Positions 44,419 to 55,484 of a stretch of DNA of 64,000 nucleotides are shown here, piece by piece. The notes beneath the pieces are model-generated. The model saw only the letters and a list, made by a program, of their open reading frames with translations, ran no database searches and was not told the DNA's origin. A program made the translations under genes and the position numbers. Origin of the DNA: Candidatus Eiseniibacteriota bacterium (GTDB lineage: Bacteria > Eisenbacteria > RBG-16-71-46); assembly GCA_016178725.1 (NCBI GenBank), contig JACOSV010000084.1, positions 55,205 through 119,204 on the forward strand, given 5' to 3'. Position 1 is the first letter of the stretch. Every line of letters begins with the position of its first letter.

Positions 44419-44495
44419 TGGTGCGCCCGACAGGAATCGAACCTGTAACCTTTAGCTCCGGAGGCTAACGCTCTATCCAATTGAGCTACGGGCGC
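44419..44495 (-). tRNA. tRNA-Arg(CCG)
   Basis: GCGCCCG acceptor stem, D-arm AGCTCAATTGGATAGAGC, anticodon loop CTCCGGA, GGTTCGATTCC T-arm, encoded CCA. Confidence 0.97.
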
Positions 44496-44509
44496 ATGCG
44501 GGCAGGCGT

Positions 44510-45769
44510 TTATAGCACAGGCGCGCGGGCCGCGTCATACGCCGCAGACGCGGGCCGCGCCCCCTTCGCGCGGACCCGCAGGACTTCCTCGACGTCCTTG
44601 TCGCCGCGACCCGACAGGTTGACGATGACCCGCGTCTCGCGCCCCAGCGCCCGGCCCTCGCGCAGCACCCACGCCAGCGCGTGCGCGGTCTCGAGCGCCG
44701 GCAGGATGCCCTCGAGCTTCGCCAGCGTTTCGAACGCTTCGAGCGCCTCGTCGTCGGTCGCGTGCGCATATTCGGCAAGCCCCTGATCGGCGAGCCAGGC
44801 GTGCTCGGGACCGATTGCCGGGTAATCGAGCCCGGCCGAGACCGAATGGGTCGGGCGGATCATCCCGCGCGCATCCTGGAGGACGAGGGTGCGCGTGCCG
44901 TGCAGCACGCCGACGCTGTGCTCGGGGATGCGCGCCGCGTGGCGGCCGCTCGCGATCCCGAGGCCGCCCGCCTCGACGCCGACCTTGCGCACCGAGGCCG
45001 CATCGAGGAAGGCGTGGAACAGGCCGATGGAGTTGCTGCCGCCGCCGACGCATGCGACCAGGAGGTCGGGCAGCCCGCCGGCCTGGGCGGCGAACTGTCC
45101 GCGCGCCTCGACGCCGATCACGCGGTGGAACTCGCGCACCATGGTCGGGAACGGATGCGGCCCGAGCACCGAGCCGAGCACGTAGTGCGTGTCGCGCACC
45201 CGCGTCACCCAGTCGCGCAGCGCCTCGCTGGTCGCGTCCTTGAGCGTGCGGCTCCCGGCGTTCACCTCGCGCACCTCGGCGCCGAGCAGGCGAATGCGTT
45301 GCACGTTGAGATGCTGGCGCCGCGCGTCCTCGCTGCCGATGTACACGGTGCAGGCGAGGCCGAAACGGGCTGCGGCGGCCGCGGTCGCGACGCCGTGCTG
45401 CCCCGCACCGGTCTCGGCGATCACGCGCGGCTTGCCCATGCGGCGCGCGAGCAGGCACTGCCCGATCGTGTTGTTGATCTTGTGCGCGCCGGTGTGGAGG
45501 AGGTCCTCGCGCTTGAGGAACACACGGCAGCCCGCCGCCTCGGAGTAGCGATGCGCCTCGATCAGCGGCGTCGGCCGGCCGGCGAAGTCGCGGAGCGTCG
45601 CGTCCAGCTCCGCGCGGAACGCCGCGTCGCCCCGCGCGCGCGCGAACTCGGCCTCGAGCTCGTCGAGCGCGTGGATCAGCGTCTCGGGCACGAAGCGGCC
45701 GCCGTAGGGGCCGAAGTGACCCGTGGCGTCGGGCTGGGTCGCGGCGGTCGCGCCGCGCGTCGCGCTCAC
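44510..45769 (-). CDS. trpB: Tryptophan synthase beta subunit
   Basis: [46 protein letters not shown]. Confidence 0.98.
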   Translation of the reverse strand: MSATRGATAATQPDATGHFGPYGGRFVPETLIHALDELEAEFARARGDAAFRAELDATLRDFAGRPTPLIEAHRYSEAAGCRVFLKREDLLHTGAHKINNTIGQCLLARRMGKPRVIAETGAGQHGVATAAAAARFGLACTVYIGSEDARRQHLNVQRIRLLGAEVREVNAGSRTLKDATSEALRDWVTRVRDTHYVLGSVLGPHPFPTMVREFHRVIGVEARGQFAAQAGGLPDLLVACVGGGSNSIGLFHAFLDAASVRKVGVEAGGLGIASGRHAARIPEHSVGVLHGTRTLVLQDARGMIRPTHSVSAGLDYPAIGPEHAWLADQGLAEYAHATDDEALEAFETLAKLEGILPALETAHALAWVLREGRALGRETRVIVNLSGRGDKDVEEVLRVRAKGARPASAAYDAARAPVL

Positions 45770-46416
45770 GAGGCCGCTCGCTGGCGCGCGTCGTGCGCGC
45801 GCACCGCGGCGACGAAGCGGCGCACGCGTTCGTGGTCCTTGATGCCCGGCTCGCGCTCGAGGCGCGACGCGGCGTCGACGCCGAACGGGCGCACGCGCTC
45901 GAGCGCCTCGGCCACGTTCTGATCGTCGAGGCCGCCGGCGAGGATCACCGAGCGCCGCACCGCGAGGGCCGCGGCGCTCTCCCAGGGGAACGTCTCGCCC
46001 GTCCCTCCCGCCTTGGTCTCGTGCGCGCGGTCGAGCATGACGAGGTGCTCGGGCGCGGGCAGCCGGCTCGTGAGCCGCCCGTCGTCCGCGACCGGGACCG
46101 CGAACGTGACCGGCAGCGCGAACTCGCGCGGCCAGTCGGCGGGATCCGCGCGGTGGATCTGGACGCGGCGCGCGCCGATCGCGCGCGCGAGCTCCATCGC
46201 CTCGTCGGGTCCGACGCCCACCATCACCGCCACCGCGACCGCCTCGGGCAGGGCGGCGACGATCGCGGCGGCCGCCGCGGGTTCGATGCGCCGCGGGCTC
46301 TCGCCGCGCACGATGAAGCCGAGCCAGTCGGCGCCGGCGTCGGCGGCGGCGCGCGCGTCTTCGACGCGCGTCAGGCCGCACACCTTGACGATCGTGCGGC
46401 GTCCCGGCTCGTTCAC
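45766..46416 (-). CDS. trpF: Phosphoribosylanthranilate isomerase
   Basis: [35 protein letters not shown]. Confidence 0.96.
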   Translation of the reverse strand: MNEPGRRTIVKVCGLTRVEDARAAADAGADWLGFIVRGESPRRIEPAAAAAIVAALPEAVAVAVMVGVGPDEAMELARAIGARRVQIHRADPADWPREFALPVTFAVPVADDGRLTSRLPAPEHLVMLDRAHETKAGGTGETFPWESAAALAVRRSVILAGGLDDQNVAEALERVRPFGVDAASRLEREPGIKDHERVRRFVAAVRAHDARQRAAS

Positions 46417-47252
46417 GATCGGCTCGCGCCGCGCGCCGCGGCGGCCAGCGTCGCCAGCGTCGCGGCCGGATCGGCCGCGGTCATGAGCGCCTCGCCGATG
46501 AGCACCGCGTCGCAGCGCGTTTCGCGCAGGCGTTCGAGGTCGGCGGGCGTCGACAGCCCGCTCTCCGCCACCGCGGTCACGAGCGGCGGCACGCGCGGGA
46601 CCAGCCGCAGCGACGTCGCGAGATCGACCTCGAACGTGCGCAGGTTGCGGTTGTTGATGCCGATCAGCGTCGCGCCGGCCTTGAGCGCGCGCGGCAGCTC
46701 GTCGTCGTCGTGGATCTCGACCAGGGTGTCGAGCCCGAGGAGACGCGCCTCGGTGATGAGGCGCTGCATCTGGACGTCCGAGAGCAGCGCCGCCAGCAGC
46801 AGCACGCCGTCGGCGCCGCGCGCCGCCGCGTCGAGCAGCTGGTAGGAGTCGATGACGAAGTCCTTGACGAGGAGCGGCAGCGCGACCGCCGCGCGCACGG
46901 GCGCCACCCACGCGAGATCGCCGTGGAAGTGATCGGGCTCGGTGACCAGCGACATCGCGGCCGCGCCACCCGCCGCGTAGATCCGCGCGAACGCGAGCGG
47001 GTCGGCGCCGGCATTGAGCACGCCCCGCGACGGCGAGGCGCGCTTGAACTCGCACAGCAGCTTGAGCGGCAGCGCCGGCCCGCCGGCCCGCGCGCTTCCG
47101 CGACGCAGCGCGCGCTCGAGCCGCCCGGCGGGGCGCGTCGGCGCGAGCGCCGCGCGCAGGGTGTGCCCGGGGACCGCCAGGCGCATCGCCTCGATCCGGC
47201 GGCGGCGGTCGTCGGCGATGCGGGCGAGGAAGTCGGTCGCGGGCTGGGTCAT
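46413..47252 (-). CDS. trpC: Indole-3-glycerol phosphate synthase
   Basis: [32 protein letters not shown]. Confidence 0.97.
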   Translation of the reverse strand: MTQPATDFLARIADDRRRRIEAMRLAVPGHTLRAALAPTRPAGRLERALRRGSARAGGPALPLKLLCEFKRASPSRGVLNAGADPLAFARIYAAGGAAAMSLVTEPDHFHGDLAWVAPVRAAVALPLLVKDFVIDSYQLLDAAARGADGVLLLAALLSDVQMQRLITEARLLGLDTLVEIHDDDELPRALKAGATLIGINNRNLRTFEVDLATSLRLVPRVPPLVTAVAESGLSTPADLERLRETRCDAVLIGEALMTAADPAATLATLAAAARGASRS

Positions 47253-47259
47253 GTGCGGC

Positions 47260-47856
47260 TCACAGGGGATCGCTGCGGCGAACGAGCAGGCATCCGGCCA
47301 TCATGTCGTGGAGCGCCTGCTTCTTTTCGGTGAACGCGATCATCACGTAACCGACGAAGAGCAGCAACGCCGAGACGAGCTGGCCGAAGTGGCGGCCGGT
47401 CGCGCGCGCGAACGAGATCCGCCCGCCCGCGAGATCGGTGACGGCGATGCCGAGCGCCTGCTGGCCGAGCGTACCCTGCGCGCGCGAGCTCTCGAACGCG
47501 GCGCTGTAGATCCATGCGATGACGGTGTTGATCGCGAGCGCCTTCCACGTCCGGCCTTCGGTGTAGTCGGGATCCACGACCGAGACGCCCATGACGACGT
47601 TGACGAGCCCGGAGACGATCGCGAACAGCAGACTGTCGACCAGGCAGGCGGCGAGTCGCCTCCAGAATCCCGCGTAGCGCGTCGCCGTCTGCGCGGTCGC
47701 CGGGATCGCGGCGACCGCCCGCAGGGCAGTCGCGGTCATCGCATCGGTCGCGAACGCGCCGGCGACCGCCGCGGCCGCGTTGCGCAACGCCGCACCGCAG
47801 CGGCTGCAGAACGAGGCGCCGGTCGCGGCCTCGGCGCCGCACTGCCAGCAGTACAC
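47260..47856 (-). CDS. Zinc-ribbon + RDD family membrane protein
   Basis: GGAGG SD + GTG; CWQC..FCSRCG; YAGFWRRLAA..VD, QALHD. Confidence 0.9.
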   Translation of the reverse strand: MYCWQCGAEAATGASFCSRCGAALRNAAAAVAGAFATDAMTATALRAVAAIPATAQTATRYAGFWRRLAACLVDSLLFAIVSGLVNVVMGVSVVDPDYTEGRTWKALAINTVIAWIYSAAFESSRAQGTLGQQALGIAVTDLAGGRISFARATGRHFGQLVSALLLFVGYVMIAFTEKKQALHDMMAGCLLVRRSDPL

Positions 47857-47876
47857 GGTGGCCTCCCCCGGCGCCG

Positions 47877-48926
47877 TCAGGCTCGGAACGCCTGCAGCTC
47901 TTCGAGCTTCGCGCGCGCCGCCCGGCTGTCGATCGCCTCGGCGGCGCGGCGCACGCCCTGTGCGAGATCGGCGGCGACGCCCGCGACCACGAGCGCGGCG
48001 CCGGCGTTGAGCACGACGATGTCGCGCGCGGCGCCCGTCTCGCCGTCGAGCACGGCGCGCACCCGCGCGGCGTTGGCGGGCGCGTCGCCGCCGGCGACGC
48101 CGGCGCGGTCCTGATGGGCGAGCCCGAGCTTCGCGGGATCCACCTCGAATTCGCGCAGCACGCCGTTCGCGAGCTCGGCGACGTGCGAGAGCCCGAACAC
48201 CGAGAGCTCGTCGAGGCCGTCGTGCCCGTGAACGACCCAGGCGCGGTCGCTGCCGAGGCGGTGCAGCACCTCGGCGACCGGGCGCACCATCGTGTCCGAG
48301 AAAACCCCGAGCAGCTGGCGGCTCGCCCCGGCGGGATTCGTGAGCGGGCCGAGCACGTTGAACACCGTGCGCACGCCGATCTCGCGCCGCGGGCCCGCGG
48401 CGTGGCGGAGCGCGGTGTGGTAGTTGGGCGCGAACAGAAACGTGATGCCGAGCACGTCGAGCGAGCGCGCCGCGTCCACCGGGGTGAGATCGATCCGGAC
48501 GCCGAGCGATTCGAGCACGTCGGCGCTGCCGGTGCGGCTCGAGACCGCGCGGTTGCCGTGCTTCGCGACCGCGACACCGCACGAGGCGGTGACGATCGCG
48601 ACCGTGGTCGAGATGTTGAACGTGCCGGCGTTGTCGCCGCCGGTGCCGCAGGTGTCGATGAGCGGACTGCGGCGCGTGCGGATCGGCGGCACGCGCGCGC
48701 GCATCGCCTCGGCCATGCCGGCGATCTCGTCCGGCGTCTCGCCCTTCATGCGCAGGGCCACTGCGAAGGCGCCGATCTGGGCGGGCGTCGCCTCGCCGGC
48801 GAGGATCTGCTCCATCGCCTCGCGGGCCGCCTCCTGTGTCAGGCTCTCGCCCTTCACGGCGCGGGCGATGGCGGTGCGGATCGCGGTCGCGCGCTCGGCG
48901 TCCACGGCGCGGGCGCCGGCGCTCAT
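47877..48926 (-). CDS. trpD: Anthranilate phosphoribosyltransferase
   Basis: DTCGTGGD, NISTT, KHGNR, GSAD, GLDE. Confidence 0.97.
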   Translation of the reverse strand: MSAGARAVDAERATAIRTAIARAVKGESLTQEAAREAMEQILAGEATPAQIGAFAVALRMKGETPDEIAGMAEAMRARVPPIRTRRSPLIDTCGTGGDNAGTFNISTTVAIVTASCGVAVAKHGNRAVSSRTGSADVLESLGVRIDLTPVDAARSLDVLGITFLFAPNYHTALRHAAGPRREIGVRTVFNVLGPLTNPAGASRQLLGVFSDTMVRPVAEVLHRLGSDRAWVVHGHDGLDELSVFGLSHVAELANGVLREFEVDPAKLGLAHQDRAGVAGGDAPANAARVRAVLDGETGAARDIVVLNAGAALVVAGVAADLAQGVRRAAEAIDSRAARAKLEELQAFRA

Positions 48927-49513
48927 CGCCGTGCTCCCGCCTGCTGGCGGCAGAGGACCAGGAAGTTCTCGATCAGCTGGATGCCGGGACGCGTGAGCAC
49001 CGACTCGGGATGGAACTGGACGCCCCACGTCTCGTGGTCGCGATGCTTGACGCCCATCAGCTCGCCCTCGGGCGTCCACGCCATCACCTCGAGCGTCGCC
49101 GGGAGCTATTCGCGCTCGACGATCAGCGAGTGGTAGCGCGTCGCCTCGAACGGGTTGTCGAGCCCGGCAAACAAACCGCGCCCGCGGTGGAGGATCGGGC
49201 TGGTCTTGCCGTGCATCAGCCGCGCGGCGCGCACGACGCGCCCGCCATAGACCTCGCCGATCGCCTGATGCCCGAGGCACACGCCGAGGATGGGCACCTG
49301 GCCCGAGAGCGCGCGGATCGCGTCCTCGGAGATGCCGGCGTCCTTCGGCTCGCCCGGGCCGGGCGAGATCACGAGCCCGTCGAGCGGACGCGCGGCGAGA
49401 TCGCGCGCGGTTATCGCGTCGTTGCGGTGCACCTCGATCTCGGCGCCGAGCGTCCCCAGGTACTGGACGAGGTTGTACGTGAAGGAATCGTAGTTGTCGA
49501 TTACCGCGATCAT
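48923..49513 (-). CDS. trpG: Anthranilate synthase component II (glutamine amidotransferase); in-frame TAG at 49106-49108
   Basis: IDNYDSF, SPGPG, GVCLGHQ, RYHSL before the [18 protein letters not shown] after it in the same frame; ends in ATGA overlap with trpD. Confidence 0.93.
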
Positions 49514-49541
49514 CGCGCCCCGCCCCTCGCGTGCGTCACGT

Positions 49542-51026
49542 TCATGGCTGCCCCTGCTCGGCGCGCTGCACCGCGAGCCACATCGCCCGCCCCTTGTTGA
49601 TCGTCTCCTCCCACTCGCGCTCGGGCTCGGAGTCGGCGACGATGCCCGCGCCCACGCCGCAGTGCGCGTGGCCGTCGGCGTAGACCAGCGTACGGATCGC
49701 GATGCACAGGTCGAGATTGCCGTGGTAGTCGAAGTGCCCGACCGCGCCGGCGTAGACGCCGCGCCGCACCGGCTCGAGGTCCTCGATGATCTCCATCGCG
49801 CGCACCTTGGGCGCGCCCGAGACCGTGCCGGCCGGGAAGCATGCCCGCACGATGTCGAGCGCCTCGAGCCCGGCGCGGCCGCGGCCGCGCACGTTCGAGA
49901 CCAGATGCATCACCTGCGAGTAGCGCTCGACCGTCATGTACTCGTTGGTCTCCACCGTGCCGTACTGGGCCACGCGCCCTACGTCGTTGCGCCCGAGGTC
50001 CACCAGCATCACGTGCTCGGCGCGTTCCTTGTCGTCGGCGCGCAGCTCCTCTTCGAGCGCCGTGTCCTCGTCGCCGTTCCGCCCGCGCGGTCGCGTGCCG
50101 GCGATCGGCCGCACCTCGACCACGCCGTCCGTGCGCCGCACCAGCACTTCGGGCGAGCTGCCGACCAGCGAGAACGCTCCGAGCCGGAGAAAGTACATGT
50201 ACGGGGACGGATTGGTCACGCGCAGCGCTCGGTAGGCTTCGAACGCCGGCTGCTCGACCTTCGCGCTCATCCGGTGGCTCAACACCACCTGGAAGATGTC
50301 GCCGGCGCGGATGTGCTCCTTGGCGGTCTCGACCGCGCGGCAGTAGCCCTCGCGCGTCGTCGTGGACGACGGCTCGGGCGCGCGGCCGCCCGAATGCGGC
50401 TCCTCCCACGGCAGCGGCCGGCGCAGGCGCACGACCTCGGCCTCGATGCGCTTCACCGCCGCCGCGTAGGCCGCGTCGGGGTCGCTCCCTGGCCCGGCGT
50501 TGCCGGGCGCCCTCGCGTGCGTCACGACCTTGAGCGTATGGGCGAGGTTGTCGAACACGCTCACGACGTCGCCGAACATGAACACCGCGTCCGGGAGTCG
50601 CTGATCGTCGCGCGTCCGTGACGGCAGCCGCTCGAACCAGCGCACCGAGTCGTAGCCGAAGTAGCCGACCGCGCCGCCGCAGGCGCGCGGCAGTCCCGGG
50701 AGCGGCACGGCCTGATGCGTGCGGAGGAGCGTGCCCAGCTCGTCGAGCGGGTGGCCGGGGAGCGGCGTCACGCGATCGCCCTCGTGCAGCTCGCAGCGGT
50801 CGCCGCGGGCGATGAACACGCGTGAGGGGCGGCTGCCGAGGATCGAGTAGCGGCCCCACTTCTCGCCGCCCTCGACGCTCTCGAGCAGGAACGCGTACGG
50901 GCCTTCGTCCACCTTGCGAAACGCCGAGACCGGCGTGTCGAGGTCGGCGAACACCTCGCGATAGATGGGCACCAGCTTCCCGCCCTTCGCGAGCGCGCGG
51001 AACTCGGCGAGCGTCGGGACGATCAT
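49542..51026 (-). CDS. trpE: Anthranilate synthase component I
   Basis: [38 protein letters not shown]. Confidence 0.97.
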   Translation of the reverse strand: MIVPTLAEFRALAKGGKLVPIYREVFADLDTPVSAFRKVDEGPYAFLLESVEGGEKWGRYSILGSRPSRVFIARGDRCELHEGDRVTPLPGHPLDELGTLLRTHQAVPLPGLPRACGGAVGYFGYDSVRWFERLPSRTRDDQRLPDAVFMFGDVVSVFDNLAHTLKVVTHARAPGNAGPGSDPDAAYAAAVKRIEAEVVRLRRPLPWEEPHSGGRAPEPSSTTTREGYCRAVETAKEHIRAGDIFQVVLSHRMSAKVEQPAFEAYRALRVTNPSPYMYFLRLGAFSLVGSSPEVLVRRTDGVVEVRPIAGTRPRGRNGDEDTALEEELRADDKERAEHVMLVDLGRNDVGRVAQYGTVETNEYMTVERYSQVMHLVSNVRGRGRAGLEALDIVRACFPAGTVSGAPKVRAMEIIEDLEPVRRGVYAGAVGHFDYHGNLDLCIAIRTLVYADGHAHCGVGAGIVADSEPEREWEETINKGRAMWLAVQRAEQGQP

Positions 51027-52711
51027 GGCCGCGCCGCGGCGTCGAGCAGCTCGCGCGCCTGCCGGCGCGTCGTCGGGCTCGCCTGGTCCCCCGCCAGCAT
51101 GCGCGCCAGCTCGGCGATGCGCGCTTCGCCCGCGACCGAATCGACCCGGGCGGCGGTGCGGCCCGAGGCGACGTGCTTGGTCACGACCAGATGATGGGAG
51201 GCGAGCGCCGCGATCATGGGAAGGTGGGTCACACAGACGATCTGGCGGTGCCTGGAGAGCCGCCGGAGACGCTCCCCGACCGCCTGTGCCACCGCGCCGC
51301 CGATCCCCGAATCTACTTCGTCGAAGATCAGAAGGTCAACGCGGTCCTGCCCTTGAAGCACGCTCTTCAAGCCCAGCATGACCCGCGACAGCTCGCCTCC
51401 CGAGGCGATCTTCGCGAGCGGCCGGAGCGGCTCGCCGGGATTCGCACCGAACAGCAGCTCGACCCGGTCGAATCCGTGCGGACCGAAGCGACCCGCTTCG
51501 CCTTCGGCCGACTCGACGCTGAACTCGATGCGCGCGTGATCGAGGCCGAGCGGCTTGAGCTCGCGCGTCACGCGCCGTCCCCACTCCTCGGCCGCCGCGG
51601 CGCGCTTGCGCGACAGCCCACGGCCGGCCGTCGTCATCGTCTTCGCCGCCGCGGCGACGCGCTCTCGCGCACGCTCGAGCGCGCCGGTCGCGTCCTCGCC
51701 CGTCGCCAGCTCCTCGCCGATCTGCACCTGCCACGCGAGCAGCTCCGGCACTGGGCGGCGGTACTTGCGCGTGAGTCGTGCGATGAGATCCCGCCGCGCC
51801 TCGATCCGCTCGAGCGCCGCGGGATCCGCCTCGAGACCGTCGAGGTAGCGGGCCAGCGATCGGGCCGTTTCCTCGGCCGCGATCCGCGCCTCGCGCAGCG
51901 GCGGCAGCAGGTCGCCGAGGCCGGGATCGAGTGAGGCCGCCTGATCGAGCGCGCGTTCGGCGGCCGCGAGCTGATCGCCCGCCGCGGGATCGTCCTCGCC
52001 GAGCCGCGCAAGCGCCAGGCCCGCGAGCTCGCGCAGGCGGTCGGCGTGCGCGAGTCGGGCCGCGTCGCGCGCGAGATCCTCCTCCTCGCCGGCGACCAGC
52101 GTCGCCTCGTCCAGCTCGCGCGCGGCATGGCGCAGGTAGTCGCTGCGCTCGGCGAACGTGGCGAGCGAGACTTCGAGGCGCTCGAGATCGGCGCCCGCCT
52201 CGCGCCACGCCGCGAGCGTCTCGGCGAAGCGCGTGCGATCACCGTCGAGGGACGCGAGGCGATCGAGCGTCAGCAGCCCAGCCTCGGGCTTGAGCAGACT
52301 CTGGTGCTCGTGCTGGCCGTGGAGATCGGCGAGCGCCTCGCCGAGGCGCTTGAGCGCCGCGAGCGTCACCGGCGACTGGTTGACCGATGCGCGGCTCCGG
52401 CCCGCGCCCGTCACCTCGCGGCGCACGATCACCGTCTCGCCGTCGAACTCGAGGCCCCATTCGGCGAAGAGCGTGCCGACGCGCCGCGCCGATTCGCCTT
52501 CGAGACGAAACTCGCCTTCGACGATGGCCGCATCGGCGCCGTGGCGCACCGCGTCGCCGTCCGCCTTCTCGCCGACCAGCAGGCTCGCCGCCTGCACGAG
52601 CAGCGACTTGCCGGCGCCGGTCTCGCCGGTCAGCGTGTTGAGGCCGGGCGCGAACGGGATCTCGGCGCGCTCGATCACCGAGAGATCGCGGATGGTCAGG
52701 CGCTCGAGCAC
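51023..52711 (-). CDS. recN: DNA repair protein RecN
   Basis: TGETGAGKS, HGQHEH, ASGGELSR, FDEVDSG, VTHLP; GTG start overlaps nadK stop. Confidence 0.97.
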   Translation of the reverse strand: MLERLTIRDLSVIERAEIPFAPGLNTLTGETGAGKSLLVQAASLLVGEKADGDAVRHGADAAIVEGEFRLEGESARRVGTLFAEWGLEFDGETVIVRREVTGAGRSRASVNQSPVTLAALKRLGEALADLHGQHEHQSLLKPEAGLLTLDRLASLDGDRTRFAETLAAWREAGADLERLEVSLATFAERSDYLRHAARELDEATLVAGEEEDLARDAARLAHADRLRELAGLALARLGEDDPAAGDQLAAAERALDQAASLDPGLGDLLPPLREARIAAEETARSLARYLDGLEADPAALERIEARRDLIARLTRKYRRPVPELLAWQVQIGEELATGEDATGALERARERVAAAAKTMTTAGRGLSRKRAAAAEEWGRRVTRELKPLGLDHARIEFSVESAEGEAGRFGPHGFDRVELLFGANPGEPLRPLAKIASGGELSRVMLGLKSVLQGQDRVDLLIFDEVDSGIGGAVAQAVGERLRRLSRHRQIVCVTHLPMIAALASHHLVVTKHVASGRTAARVDSVAGEARIAELARMLAGDQASPTTRRQARELLDAAARP

Positions 52712-53586
52712 TAGAGACTCCTCCGCTCGCTCCCCTGCCAGCCGAGCTTCCGCTGGAGCGAGCGCCCGAACGGCCGCCCGGGATTCCGCACCAGCCGCAC
52801 CGTCGTGCGCGAGAGCGAGACCTGGACCTCGTCGCCGCGCTCGAGGTCCACGGTCTCCTGCCCGTCGAACAGCAGCATCGCGCGATCGAACGCGCCGAGC
52901 AGCCGCAGGCGCACGCCGCCGCGCGGCGAGATCACCAGCGGGCGGCTGCCGAGCGTGTGGGCGCACACTGGCGTCACGACGAACGCCTCGACGTCGGGCG
53001 CGAGCACCGGGCCGCCGGCCGAGAGCGAGTAGGCGGTCGAGCCGGAGGCCGTCGCGCAGATCACGCCGTCGGCGACGAGATGCCCCACGTCCGTGCCGAG
53101 GACGCTCATGCGCAGGTGGAGCGCCGAGTAGCCGCCGGCCGTCTTGAGCACCGCGTCGTTCATCGCGAGCCCGCTGGCCGCGATCCGGCCGCGGCGGCGC
53201 ACGACCGCGCGCACCAGCCGCCGCGGCACGATCGGCCACGCGCCGGCGAGTGCCGCGCGCACGGCGTCGTCGAGCTCGGGCTCGTCGGCCACGGTGAGGA
53301 ATCCGAGGCCGCCGAGGTTGATCGCGAGCAGCGCGCCGGGTCGGCCGGCCATCGCGCGGGCGCCGCGCAGCGCGGTGCCGTCGCCGCCGAGCGTGATCAG
53401 GAGCTGGGCCCAGCGCGCGAGCCCGGCGAGCGGCATGCCGCCCTTCCCCATCTCGCCCGCGAGGTCGCTCGCGAGCCGCGCCGTGCGCCCGCCGCGCGCG
53501 AGGCGCGTGACGAGCCGTGCCGCGGCGCGCTGCACGCCGGCGCGCTCGGTGTGGCCGAGGATGCCGATGCGGCGCGGCACCGCCAT
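52711..53586 (-). CDS. nadK: NAD(+) kinase
   Basis: GGDGT, NLGGLGFL, ND, TASGSTAYSLSAGGP, KLGW. Confidence 0.95.
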   Translation of the reverse strand: MAVPRRIGILGHTERAGVQRAAARLVTRLARGGRTARLASDLAGEMGKGGMPLAGLARWAQLLITLGGDGTALRGARAMAGRPGALLAINLGGLGFLTVADEPELDDAVRAALAGAWPIVPRRLVRAVVRRRGRIAASGLAMNDAVLKTAGGYSALHLRMSVLGTDVGHLVADGVICATASGSTAYSLSAGGPVLAPDVEAFVVTPVCAHTLGSRPLVISPRGGVRLRLLGAFDRAMLLFDGQETVDLERGDEVQVSLSRTTVRLVRNPGRPFGRSLQRKLGWQGSERRSL

Positions 53587-53594
53587 GGCGGCGC

Positions 53595-55484
53595 CTACGT
53601 GTACTGCCGCTGGTGCGCGCGCACCCAGTCGCGCACGCGCGCGGCGAGCCCCAAGGCGTCGAGGCCGACGGTCGCGAGCAGCTCGTCGCGCTTGCCGTGG
53701 GTCACGAACGCGTCGGGCAGGCCGATGTGGAGGAGCGACGTGGTCGAGAGGTCATGACGCGCGAGGCACTGGTGCACGGCGTCGCCGAAGCCGCCGGCCA
53801 GCACGTTTTCCTCGATCGTGACGATGCGGCCGATCGAGCGCGCGAGGCCGAGGATCGTCGTCTCGTCCACCGGCGCCGCGAAGCGCGCGTTGACGACCGT
53901 GGCCGACATCCCCTCGCCCGCGAGCGTCTCGGCCGCGGCGAGGGCGGGCGCGACCATCGTGCCGAGGGCCAGGATCGCCACGTCGCCGCCGGCGCGCAGC
54001 TGCTCGGACACGCCGAGCGGCAGCACGCGCGGCTCGCGGGTGCCGAGATTCTCCTCGGGCACGTTCGCGCGCGGATAGCGCACGGCGATCGGGCCTTCGT
54101 GCTGCACCGCCGTCCACAGCATGTCGCGCAGCTCTTCGCCGTTCCGCGGCTGCATGACGACGACGCCCGGGATCATGCGCAGGAATCCGACGTCGAAGGC
54201 GCCGTGCTGCGGTCCGCCGTCCTCGCCCACGAGTCCGGCACGGTCCACGCAGAAGACGACGTGCAGGTTCTGCACGGCAACATCGTGGATGATCTGGTCG
54301 AAGCCGCGCTGCAGGAACGTCGAGTAGATCGTCGTGAGCGGGATCAGGCCGCCGGCGGCGAGGCCGGCCGAGAACGTGACGCCGTGCTCCTCGGCCATGC
54401 CGACGTCGAAGAAGCGATCGGGGAAGCGCTTCGCGAACGGCTTGAGACCGGTGTTGTCGGTCATCGCCGCGGTGACCGCGACGACCTTCGGCAGGCGCGC
54501 CGCGATCTCGACGGCGGTCTCGCCGAACACCTGTGTGTACGTCTTCTTCGCGCTCTTCGACGACGTGCCGGTCTCGGGGTCGAACACGCCGACGCCGTGG
54601 AACGTGCCGGCATCGCTCTCGGCCGGAGCGTAGCCCTTGCCCTTCTTGGTCACGACGTGGAGCAGCACCGGGCCCGGCACTTCCTTGAGCTCGATCAGCG
54701 TGTGCATCAGGAGATCGAGGTCGTGCCCGTCGATCGGACCGTAGTACTTGAGCCCGAGCTCCTCGAAGAGCACGCCGGGCACGACGAGGTTGGCGAGCCC
54801 TTCCTTGATCCGCCGCGCCGCCTCCTGCGCCCGGTGGCCGAGCCGCGGCACGCGTCCGAGCAGCTCGTAGACGTCGCGCTCGAACTGGCGGTAGAAGCGG
54901 TGCGTGGTGAGGCGCGTGAGGTAGCGCGCAATCGCGCCGACGTTGGGCGAGATGCTCCACTCGTTGTCGTTGAGCACCACCAGCATCCTGCGCCGCAGCT
55001 CGCCGGCGTTGTTGAGGCCCTCGAACGCCATGCCGCCGGTGAGCGCGCCGTCGCCGATCACCGCGACGACGTGGAAGTCCTCGCCGGCGAGATCGCGCGC
55101 GACGGCGAAGCCGAGCGCCGCCGAGATCGAGGTGCTGCCGTGGCAGGTGCCGAACGGATCGTGATCGCTCTCGTCGCGCGCCGGATAGCCCTTGATGCCG
55201 CCGAGGCTGCGCAGCGTGTCGAAGCGGTCGAACCGGCCGGTGACGAGCTTGTGCGGATAGGACTGGTGGCCGACGTCCCAGATGATCTTGTCGCGCGGCG
55301 AATCGAACACGCGGTGAAGCGCGAGCGTGAGCTCGACGACGCCGAGGTTGGGCGCGAGGTGGCCGGCGCGGCGCGCCACGGTCTGGATGATGACGTGGCG
55401 GATCTCGGCCGCGAGCTGGTCGAGCTCGGCGCGCGACAGCGCCTTGAGATCGGCCGGCGAGTGGATGCGTTCGAGCAGGCTCAT
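53595..55484 (-). CDS. dxs: 1-deoxy-D-xylulose-5-phosphate synthase
   Basis: WDVGHQ, GDGALTGG, LNDN, AEEH, DRAGLVGEDG; ATG 55484 overlaps the upstream stop. Confidence 0.98.
   Translation of the reverse strand: MSLLERIHSPADLKALSRAELDQLAAEIRHVIIQTVARRAGHLAPNLGVVELTLALHRVFDSPRDKIIWDVGHQSYPHKLVTGRFDRFDTLRSLGGIKGYPARDESDHDPFGTCHGSTSISAALGFAVARDLAGEDFHVVAVIGDGALTGGMAFEGLNNAGELRRRMLVVLNDNEWSISPNVGAIARYLTRLTTHRFYRQFERDVYELLGRVPRLGHRAQEAARRIKEGLANLVVPGVLFEELGLKYYGPIDGHDLDLLMHTLIELKEVPGPVLLHVVTKKGKGYAPAESDAGTFHGVGVFDPETGTSSKSAKKTYTQVFGETAVEIAARLPKVVAVTAAMTDNTGLKPFAKRFPDRFFDVGMAEEHGVTFSAGLAAGGLIPLTTIYSTFLQRGFDQIIHDVAVQNLHVVFCVDRAGLVGEDGGPQHGAFDVGFLRMIPGVVVMQPRNGEELRDMLWTAVQHEGPIAVRYPRANVPEENLGTREPRVLPLGVSEQLRAGGDVAILALGTMVAPALAAAETLAGEGMSATVVNARFAAPVDETTILGLARSIGRIVTIEENVLAGGFGDAVHQCLARHDLSTTSLLHIGLPDAFVTHGKRDELLATVGLDALGLAARVRDWVRAHQRQYT

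Noticed and set aside
44419..44495. tRNA-Arg as an island integration site
   Set aside because: No duplicated 3' end noticed, no integrase and no compositional shift beside it
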